This document shows, piece by piece, positions 1 to 5,090 of a stretch of DNA of 6,031 bases. The notes beneath the pieces are model-generated. The model had not been told where the DNA came from, made no database searches, and saw nothing but the letters and a program-made list of their open reading frames with translations. The stretch covers positions 1 to 6,031 of IMG/VR virus record IMGVR_UViG_3300045988_059683; one strand, given 5' to 3'. Position 1 is the first letter of the stretch, and the number at the start of each line of letters is the position of its first letter. This DNA comes from a virus. Position numbers and translations under genes: made by a program.

Positions 1-77
1 TCGCTCTTGAAATAGCTGTTGCCCTTTTGGTTCTTATACCATTGTGCGTCCGGTGGCTTCAGTCCAAATACTATCGC
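1..77. repeat. Terminal direct repeat, copy 1 (circular-assembly overlap)
   Basis: TCGCTCTTGAAATAGCTGTTGCCC...AATACTATCGC is identical base for base to 5955-6031. Confidence 0.97.
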
Positions 78-506
78 ATGGTAGTGCGGTCGTTTTGTTC
101 TGTCGCCGTATTCAGCTGCTAGGAAATATTTTATTGGCTTCTTGTATGCTTTCCGTAGCCGCTTTAAAAATAGCTGTACGTCTCGTTTGCTTACTGTCTG
201 ACTTTGAATGCTCCTGTAGCCTTTAAGGATCTCGCCGTATGGTATGTGCTCATCGTCATATGTCAGCGTTAGAAAAATTACATCGTCCCATTCTTTGGCT
301 TCTAGCTCTATTCTGGTTGCCCATTGGTCAGCCATCTGTTTTCTGCAATATTCGCACTTACCGCATGGTAACAATGCGAATTTTCCTTTTTTTATTCCGT
401 CCATGATGTTCGTTTGTAGTCCTTGCTTGGATAGGTTCTCCAGACTTCCCCATAGTTGCGGTTTTTTCGTGTCCATCTGAAATACTAATGGTTTTGTACA
501 TGGCAT
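1..506 (-). CDS. VP4: Replication initiation protein (HUH rolling-circle endonuclease, microvirus VP4 / phiX174 A-like), N-terminal part. The ORF runs off the window start and continues at 5954.
   Basis: It is missing from the ORF track because it has no in-window stop. Hand translation from ATG 506-504 gives MPCTKPLVFQMDTKKPQLWGSLENLSKQGLQTNIMDGIKKGKFALLPCGKCEYCRKQMADQWATRIELEAKEWDDVIFLTLTYDDEHIPYG...YFLAAEYGDRTKRPHYHAIVFGLKPPDAQWYKNQKGNSYFKS. It shows a CxxCxxC cluster, motif 1 (FLTLTY) and the HUH motif (HYH = 78-86). The frame joins 5954 exactly (..FKS-E-WLQKIWGKGMIDF..). Confidence 0.92.
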   Translation of the reverse strand, partial: MPCTKPLVFQMDTKKPQLWGSLENLSKQGLQTNIMDGIKKGKFALLPCGKCEYCRKQMADQWATRIELEAKEWDDVIFLTLTYDDEHIPYGEILKGYRSIQSQTVSKRDVQLFLKRLRKAYKKPIKYFLAAEYGDRTKRPHYHAIVFGLKPPDAQWYKNQKGNSYFKS

Positions 507-513
507 TTTTGTT

Positions 514-548
514 ACCGGCACAAGCTTCCTTGTCTATCTTGTGCCGGT
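514..548 (-). promoter_or_regulatory. Perfect 11-bp stem / 13-nt loop hairpin 7 nt upstream of the rep start codon
   Basis: ACCGGCACAAG (514-524) pairs with CTTGTGCCGGT (538-548). On the coding strand this reads ...ACCGGCACAAG-ATAGACAAGGAAG-CTTGTGCCGGT-AACAAAA-ATG. The only SD-like string (AAGGAAG) is in the loop. Confidence 0.6.
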
Positions 549-572
549 TGACACCTCGCTTTCTTTATTGTT

Positions 573-590
573 GTAGTAGTAGTAGTAGTA
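573..590. repeat. (GTA)6 trinucleotide microsatellite, which is (TAC)6 on the coding strand
   Basis: There are six perfect tandem GTA units, flanked by TTG TTG and GTG. The tract is noncoding and lies between the rep-proximal hairpin and the 10-mer array. Confidence 0.95.
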
Positions 591-591
591 G

Positions 592-772
592 TGTTGAAAG
601 TGTTGAAAACTCGTTTTTTTAACGTTACTACGTTTATTTATTGCCTTTTTCTATGTTGAAAACTTTGTTGAAAACTTGTTGAATTGTTGAATGTTCGTCA
701 TTTTGACGAATTTCTTTGTGCAACTTTATGTTGAAAACCTGTTGAAAGTGTTGAAAACTCAAGTTTTCCACA
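592..772. repeat. Iteron-like array: nine direct copies of TGTTGAAA(AC), one inverted DnaA-box-like copy and a central hairpin
   Basis: TGTTGAAAAC occurs at 601-610, 654-663, 666-675, 729-738 and 749-758. TGTTGAAAG occurs at 592-600 and 740-748. TGTTGAAT occurs at 677-684 and 685-692. An exact 21-mer is duplicated at 592-612 and 740-760. A hairpin TTCGTCA/TGACGAA lies at 694-710. An inverted TTTTCCACA lies at 764-772. Confidence 0.9.
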
Positions 773-800
773 TTCTTTATTTTCTGGATTATTGTTTCTT

Positions 801-835
801 TGCGCGTGTGTGCACGTTTCGTGCGCGCGCGCGTA
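801..835. repeat. Alternating purine-pyrimidine inverted repeat (imperfect 15-bp hairpin; Z-DNA-prone tracts)
   Basis: TGCGCGTGTGTGCACG (801-816) and GTGCGCGCGCGCGTATA (821-837) each alternate Pu/Py strictly. Positions 801-815 pair with 821-835 using four G-T pairs, with loop GTTTC. Confidence 0.7.
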
Positions 836-897
836 TAGTGATAATAGACTGTTTGTCTTACTACAGCGGCAGCCCCCGCGTAGGGGGGCGTGACGCA

Positions 898-928
898 AGG
901 GGGGCCGCAAACTAATTGCGGCCCCCCT
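898..928. other. Perfect 13-bp G/C-rich stem-loop in the noncoding region downstream of VP2
   Basis: AGGGGGGCCGCAA (898-910), loop ACTAA, TTGCGGCCCCCCT (916-928). A second G/C hairpin GCCCCC/GGGGGC lies at 872-889, and a 9-bp hairpin with one mismatch lies at 966-989. No U-tract follows on the coding strand. Confidence 0.8.
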
Positions 929-1009
929 CTTCTATACATGATTGTGTTTTGGTTGCCGCTTGTCTGGTGTCCCCTGTGTTGGGGAAACCTTAGCTTTGCG
1001 CGGAAAGAG

Positions 1010-1882
1010 TCAGTCTCCTTTGTATGGTTCTCCAGATTTGAATCCATCTATTAGTTTGCGTCTTCTTGCTGTTTTGTTGATAGTATCTTCGGCTACTTTG
1101 TCAACGCCTTCTTTTGCTGCTTTGCCAGCTTTTTTTACTGCGTCTTTTGCTTTTTTTCCTGCTTTCGCAAGGCCTGAACCTAATTTGTTAGCTGTATAGG
1201 CGTACTGTTGCGCTTGTTTTGCGCTTGATGTTGCCATTTCGCTTGCCGCTTGTTCCCAGCTTTTTGCACTCTTAAACTGTTTTGCGCTGGTGCTCTCTTT
1301 TGCCAGCTGTAAGTATCTGTCTGCTAGCTCTGCCGTGTTGTTGCCGTATTCGTACATCGCTGATACGCTTGCGGCCTGTGCGCTCTGCTGGTTATAACGT
1401 TGGCTTCCAATGCTTGCAGATGCTCCTGATGTTGCGCTTGTTGCCCCGTTGGTCGCTGCTAGAATAGGATTGATGCCCGCTGCGATCATGTCCTTCACGG
1501 TGTCTTGATAGGCCGTTCCGCGCATTTCCTTCTCAAATGCTCTTTCTGCTGCTGCTTCTGCGCTGTTGTACTTTTTGGCGCTTGCTTGGCTTCCAGCGTT
1601 CGCGAGGTTGCTCAGTAGTCCGCTCATCATTTGTAGCGCGTTTGCGGTGTTTACACTGCTCTGGTTGCCAAATGTGGCAATACCTGTTGGTGTGCTGATT
1701 TGCGTTGAACCTATCTGCTGTGGTGCTGTAATACTGCCTGTTGTGGTCTCGTTGCCTTTGCTGCTCTCGCTGCCGGCTCCTTGGCTGTCTTTGGCGCTGC
1801 TCTGGTTGCTGTTCGTTATGATACCTGTTAACATGCTTAGTCCTTGCATGAGGTACGGCATAAAGCTTAATAACGTTTCCAT
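1010..1882 (-). CDS. VP2: Minor capsid / DNA pilot protein (microvirus VP2, phiX174 H-like)
   Basis: This 290-aa ORF lies directly after VP1. It has a hydrophobic N-terminus and is Ser/Ala/Gln/Gly-rich. Its conserved core AERAFEKEMRGTAYQDTVKDMIAAGINPILAA is the typical VP2 signature, and it has a Lys/Ala-rich C-terminus. Confidence 0.88.
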   Translation of the reverse strand: METLLSFMPYLMQGLSMLTGIITNSNQSSAKDSQGAGSESSKGNETTTGSITAPQQIGSTQISTPTGIATFGNQSSVNTANALQMMSGLLSNLANAGSQASAKKYNSAEAAAERAFEKEMRGTAYQDTVKDMIAAGINPILAATNGATSATSGASASIGSQRYNQQSAQAASVSAMYEYGNNTAELADRYLQLAKESTSAKQFKSAKSWEQAASEMATSSAKQAQQYAYTANKLGSGLAKAGKKAKDAVKKAGKAAKEGVDKVAEDTINKTARRRKLIDGFKSGEPYKGD

Positions 1883-1884
1883 TC

Positions 1885-1910
1885 AAAAATAGCCCCGCTT
1901 TTGCGGGGCT
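1885..1910 (-). terminator. Intrinsic-terminator-like hairpin between VP1 and VP2
   Basis: The coding strand reads AGCCCCGC-AAAA-GCGGGGCT-ATTTTTGA, followed at once by the VP2 ATG (1882). The stem is 8 bp and G/C-rich (1891-1898 / 1903-1910), the loop is 4 nt, and the T5 run is at 1885-1889. Confidence 0.7.
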
Positions 1911-1920
1911 TCCTCCTTTT

Positions 1921-3585
1921 TTAGATTCTTTCGATGCCGGGAATGCTGTAGATAGGCATCTCGCGATACCAGTCTTCCGTGAAGTAGAAGTCACACAAGA
2001 ACTGGTGGCTTACGTTGCTCGTTACTGCAATCGTTCGGTCAATGTTCTGTTGCCCTTCTTGTATCCACTCTGCCGAGAGACGCGGCAGAGCGTCATAATC
2101 GTCCGCATAGTGCCAGGCGTCCAAGCTCGTCTGGTGGTTAGAACGCATTTCGCCGGTTATGTAAGAAGGTTTATAGCGGTAATCTGCCCATGCTTCTTGA
2201 TAGCCGAAGATTTCATTGTCTTCATCCGTGCCCTGTGCATAGATTTCGCGGTTATATACTGGCTGTTCTCCCAGTGCTGCCAAACGCGGGTCGTAGTAGG
2301 TGAATCGCCCGCCACGTGTCCACTTGGTCGCAAGTCCCTGTTGGTAACTGTGCTCCACTCGTACTACTGCCAGACCGATGATATAGCCGTACTCAGTCGC
2401 CGCATAGTCCACCATCTGTTTGCTACATGTGGTCAGACTGTATGCCGCCGTGTTGCCCAGTGCCTGTCCGGTTGTCGTGTCCGTCTGGCTTGTCTGAACG
2501 ACCTGATTGACATTGATTGCAATACGCTGGCCGCCGATGTATTCAGGAATCTGAAGCCGGCTGTCCGGGCTTGTTACACCCCACGTACCAGACAGGAACT
2601 CGCGGTACCTCGTGCCGTTGCGTGCATCTGCTTCAAAGATGTGCTGCAAGGCGATTGCCATGCGCAAGTCCTGAATGCTTACTCCGGTTACGGCGCTAAG
2701 GTTTGCGCCTAGATATGCCACATCTCCTACATGTTTGGTTTCGCTCGAGCTTCCTGTTACTTGCGAAATTTTTTCTCCCGATTGGTTGTTGGTAATTCCT
2801 GGTATGTAACTGTCTATAGCTTCTTGGTTGAAGTAGATTGCTTGTTTTCCGCCTGCTGTCCCGTATTCTGTTAGTTCTTTGTTTTTGTACATTCCTACCG
2901 GCGCATTGCCTGTCATGCTGATTTCCACAGGATCAGACTTTAACGGAAATGGGAGACAGGATGTGAAGTAGTCGTGGAATTTTCCGGCCTTTGCCGGTTT
3001 CATTCCGTATAGTGCCCCTTCGTTCATGTTCGTTGTTTTTTCCGGGTCGTTGGCGCTATATTGGATGTCTACCGTTCCATTGCCCGCCGGCACTCCGCCA
3101 TCGTCGGTTTTTTTATAGCCTAGCATTAACGGTGCTTCTATATTTTCATCTCTGAACCATTCGTTGTAGATCATCGCGTAGGCGCGTGCCGGCAGTGCGT
3201 TTACTTTGATTGTTTTGTTTATGTTCGTAGGCAGTCCGAAATAATCGCCGATGCTTCCGTTTTGGATTCCCTTATCTACTCCAAATTCGCAAGTCGGCGT
3301 GCTGTATTCGGTTTTTTCTTCCCAGTAGTCGGTATCGTTCTCGCCGAACATATTTTCCCAGTGGTTCCACAGCAGACGGCACGGAACAAAAAAGAAATAG
3401 GTATCCATGTAGCAGTTATCCATGACCGGATAGATGGGCGTACTCATACGAATAAGCCCGTTCAGGCGTACCCGTGCGGTATCACCCGGTAGTACTTCAT
3501 CGCAGTAGATTGGCACTAAGTCGCCCTCGTTAATGGTCGTTAAGAGCTGGTGACTCCGGTCAAACTTGCTGCGTGGTCGTTCCAT
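1921..3585 (-). CDS. VP1: Major capsid protein (microvirus VP1 / phiX174 F family)
   Basis: This is the largest ORF. The N-terminal RSKFDRSHQLLTTINEGDLVPIYCDEVLPGDT is the conserved microvirus capsid signature. I prefer the ATG at 3585; the ORF track starts at a GTG at 3594, three codons upstream. Neither start has an SD. The stop is TAA at 1921-1923. Confidence 0.95.
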   Translation of the reverse strand: MERPRSKFDRSHQLLTTINEGDLVPIYCDEVLPGDTARVRLNGLIRMSTPIYPVMDNCYMDTYFFFVPCRLLWNHWENMFGENDTDYWEEKTEYSTPTCEFGVDKGIQNGSIGDYFGLPTNINKTIKVNALPARAYAMIYNEWFRDENIEAPLMLGYKKTDDGGVPAGNGTVDIQYSANDPEKTTNMNEGALYGMKPAKAGKFHDYFTSCLPFPLKSDPVEISMTGNAPVGMYKNKELTEYGTAGGKQAIYFNQEAIDSYIPGITNNQSGEKISQVTGSSSETKHVGDVAYLGANLSAVTGVSIQDLRMAIALQHIFEADARNGTRYREFLSGTWGVTSPDSRLQIPEYIGGQRIAINVNQVVQTSQTDTTTGQALGNTAAYSLTTCSKQMVDYAATEYGYIIGLAVVRVEHSYQQGLATKWTRGGRFTYYDPRLAALGEQPVYNREIYAQGTDEDNEIFGYQEAWADYRYKPSYITGEMRSNHQTSLDAWHYADDYDALPRLSAEWIQEGQQNIDRTIAVTSNVSHQFLCDFYFTEDWYREMPIYSIPGIERI

Positions 3586-3610
3586 TCGCGGCACTTGCGC
3601 GAAATGGTTC

Positions 3611-4027
3611 TCACTGTTTCTGTTCGTTTTCCTTCACTTCTTCCTTCTTCTCTTCTTCTTTCGGCTTTGGCTGTTCGGTCTGTTTCAGCTGTTCCAGCAT
3701 TTCGGCTGCAGCTTCTGCTTTTTCGTGCATCGTCATGATATCCTTCGGCAGATTTTCGAGGTCTGTATCTTCGGTGTATACTACGCTCTTAGCCTTGATG
3801 CTGGTGTCTCCAGCTTCCAGCCGCGCGATTGCGCTTGCAAGGTCGTAGCCCTCGCCCGCTTTCTGGATTTTCTCGTATGTGTTTTCGTTCGGCTGCTTGA
3901 TGTAGTCGGTTGTGCCGTTCGGTCGTTTGACCGCTTTCCACGTTGGCGCGGTCTCGCTGCCCGGATTGTTTGTTACTCTCTTGGTTGGCACACCGTAGTA
4001 CTTTACCATCACATCAGGATTTAACAT
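3611..4027 (-). CDS. Putative internal scaffolding protein (VP3-like), 138 aa
   Basis: The ORF lies immediately upstream of VP1. A strong SD (GAAGGAG) lies 7 nt before ATG 4027. The protein is hydrophilic with an acidic/lysine-rich tail (EQPKPKEEEKKEEVKENEQKQ). The functional call rests on position and composition only. Confidence 0.5.
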   Translation of the reverse strand: MLNPDVMVKYYGVPTKRVTNNPGSETAPTWKAVKRPNGTTDYIKQPNENTYEKIQKAGEGYDLASAIARLEAGDTSIKAKSVVYTEDTDLENLPKDIMTMHEKAEAAAEMLEQLKQTEQPKPKEEEKKEEVKENEQKQ

Positions 4028-4268
4028 TGTCCGTCTCCTTCAGGTCGATGAGCCGCACGATGTGCTCGGGCATCGCTTCGCTCATGTAGCCCGTTTCGGT
4101 GTCGAACTCGCCCAGTTCTACGAGCGAAATATCTTCGATTTCACTCGGTTTGCTTTCGTTGGCCTTCCATCGTGCCGTTCTTACCGCCTGTGCCCTGTTG
4201 TTCTGCAGAAACGGCTGTGAATAACCGTTGGTCAATGCATCGTGGAATGAATAGAATTTCAGTTTCAT
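4014..4268 (-). CDS. Small nonstructural protein, 84 aa (possibly gokushovirus VP5/ORF5-like); function unknown
   Basis: An SD (AAGGAAA) lies 7 nt before ATG 4268. The ORF overlaps the next gene by 14 nt. The pattern F..D....GYSQPF...N...A.R.......P.....L..LGEFD.ETG resembles a small protein I recall from many gokushovirus-like genomes. This was not verifiable here. Confidence 0.6.
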   Translation of the reverse strand: MKLKFYSFHDALTNGYSQPFLQNNRAQAVRTARWKANESKPSEIEDISLVELGEFDTETGYMSEAMPEHIVRLIDLKETDNVKS

Positions 4269-4279
4269 GTTTTTTTCCT

Positions 4280-4390
4280 TTACTCTTTGTTCGCATCCTT
4301 CAGTGCGTGGTAAATTTCATCGAGCTTTTCAAGGATTTTCATCATCAGCGCAATTGCTTCCTTAACGTCCTTGATTTTGATTAATGCCAT
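4280..4390 (-). CDS. Hypothetical 36-aa amphipathic helical peptide
   Basis: It is below the ORF-track length cutoff. Hand translation gives MALIKIKDVKEAIALMMKILEKLDEIYHALKDANKE. A strong SD precedes it (AAGAGGTGG-CTTA-ATG), and its TAA stop is embedded in the SD of the next gene (TAAAGGAA). Confidence 0.5.
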   Translation of the reverse strand: MALIKIKDVKEAIALMMKILEKLDEIYHALKDANKE

Positions 4391-4421
4391 TAAGCCACCT
4401 CTTTTCTTTGGTTTGTGTCGC

Positions 4422-4538
4422 TTACAGCCGGATACCGCCTCGCGATACCTTCGGTCTTACGTTGATGTTTTTTACCTTCTTTGCAGTCTGGGTAAAGTGT
4501 TTCTGGTCTCCTCGACCCGCTCCGCTTCTGTGCGCCAT
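4422..4538 (-). CDS. Small highly basic DNA-binding/packaging peptide (phiX174 J / gokushovirus VP8-like), 38 aa
   Basis: It is below the ORF-track cutoff. Hand translation gives MAHRSGAGRGDQKHFTQTAKKVKNINVRPKVSRGGIRL, with 10 K/R and one acidic residue. The C-terminal RGGIRL is, as I recall, typical of microvirus basic peptides. A consensus SD (AAGGAG) lies 8 nt before ATG 4538. Confidence 0.7.
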   Translation of the reverse strand: MAHRSGAGRGDQKHFTQTAKKVKNINVRPKVSRGGIRL

Positions 4539-4550
4539 TAGTTTACTCCT

Positions 4551-4616
4551 TTATTTGTTTTTTCTGTTTTTTACAATTTGCTTTTTGGTCTGGTCTCGTA
4601 CATTCCATGATTTCAT
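4551..4616 (-). CDS. Possible 21-aa basic micro-ORF (or 29 aa if started at ATG 4640)
   Basis: Hand translation gives MKSWNVRDQTKKQIVKNRKNK. An SD-like AAGGAAAA lies 6 nt before ATG 4616. The TAA stop is embedded in the SD of the J-like gene (TAAAGGAG). It is very short, so this is a weak call. Confidence 0.25.
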   Translation of the reverse strand: MKSWNVRDQTKKQIVKNRKNK

Positions 4617-4681
4617 TGCTGATTTTCCTTTCCAGGTCATGGCGTCATTTGATTACCGCTTGATTTTGATACGTTCCATTG

Positions 4682-5074
4682 TTACATCCCCTTTCTGTAT
4701 TTTTTTCCGGTTCGTACATCAAAGTGTACCCAAGTGTTGTGTACGATAATGCCGCATTCATCTGGGACGATTTCATTCAGTTTGTTGGCAAGTTCTTTTG
4801 CGCTCATTCCATCGACTCGGATATCTGCTGCCATACCGCGCATGTGGTAGCTGTATTTTGCTCCGTTGTATTTTTTGTTCCACTCTGGTGTTCTGTATCC
4901 GCTGGTGATAATGACTGGTTTCCCTAGTTTATGTCGGAGGATGTCCAGAATGTTATACAAGTAGTCATCTATGAATACTATCGGACTTCCGTCTTTACAT
5001 GCAAATTCTTTTACTTTGAAGTGTCTTGCAAGTTGTACGTTTCCGTCTGTGTTCATGATATAGCTTTTAAGCAT
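4682..5074 (-). CDS. Zinc D-Ala-D-Ala carboxypeptidase-type peptidoglycan hydrolase (peptidase M15A / Peptidase_M15_3-like), 130 aa
   Basis: The M15 pattern reads HFKVKEFACKDGS...LGKPVIITSGYRTPEWNKKYNGAKYSYHMRGMAADIRV...NTWVHFDV, with the putative Zn ligands His (SYH), Asp (AAD) and His (VHFD). I start it at ATG 5074, which has AAGGAG 11 nt upstream overlapping the stop of the previous ORF. The track start at 5101 is a TTG with no SD. Confidence 0.88.
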   Translation of the reverse strand: MLKSYIMNTDGNVQLARHFKVKEFACKDGSPIVFIDDYLYNILDILRHKLGKPVIITSGYRTPEWNKKYNGAKYSYHMRGMAADIRVDGMSAKELANKLNEIVPDECGIIVHNTWVHFDVRTGKKYRKGM

Positions 5075-5090
5075 TTTTGTCAATTCTCCT

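Noticed and set aside
727-737. TTATGTTGAAA resembles the XerD arm of E. coli dif (TTATGTTAAAT, 9/11), suggesting a dif-like integration site of the kind used by enterobacterial gokushovirus prophages
   Set aside because: The 11 nt at the required position upstream (710-720, ATTTCTTTGTG) match the XerC arm GGTGCGCATAA at only 2/11. The other repeat copies also lack a XerC arm. The resemblance is probably a by-product of the TGTTGAAA repeat.
755-766. On the coding strand the hairpin loop reads AAACTTGAGTTT, which shares ACTTGA with the phiX174 origin nick region (CAACTTG/ATATT)
   Set aside because: A 6-nt match is expected by chance several times in 6 kb on two strands, and gokushovirus-type origins are not known to share the phiX sequence. 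I keep it only as a place to look when mapping the nick.
592-772. A possible CRISPR array, because of the many short direct repeats
   Set aside because: The repeat units are only 8-10 nt and are often directly adjacent or even overlapping. There are no spacer-sized unique segments of regular length, and no cas genes are present.
634-1047. A 137-aa minus-strand ORF spanning most of the large noncoding region, and the nested 70-aa ORF at 698-910
   Set aside because: It has no SD in a genome where most genes have strong ones, and it starts inside the VP2 C-terminus. Its sequence is simply the translation of DNA palindromes and of 10-mer repeats whose spacings (8, 9, 11, 12 nt) are not multiples of three. 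Coding cannot be fully excluded without comparative data.
1533-1994. A 153-aa minus-strand ORF in an alternative frame of VP2 that crosses the VP1 stop and the terminator hairpin
   Set aside because: The extremely Arg/Gln-rich product looks like an off-frame reading of the Ala/Ser/Gln-rich VP2 gene. It spans the intergenic hairpin and has no SD. It is most likely a frame shadow.
2005-2712. Long plus-strand ORFs: 2005-2712 (235 aa), 3566-4024 (152 aa), 4384-4749, 4931-5287, 5248-5523, 44-226, 244-480 and others
   Set aside because: All are antisense to well-supported minus-strand genes and are Cys/Phe/Leu-rich low-complexity shadows without start signals. Microvirus genomes are transcribed from one strand only.
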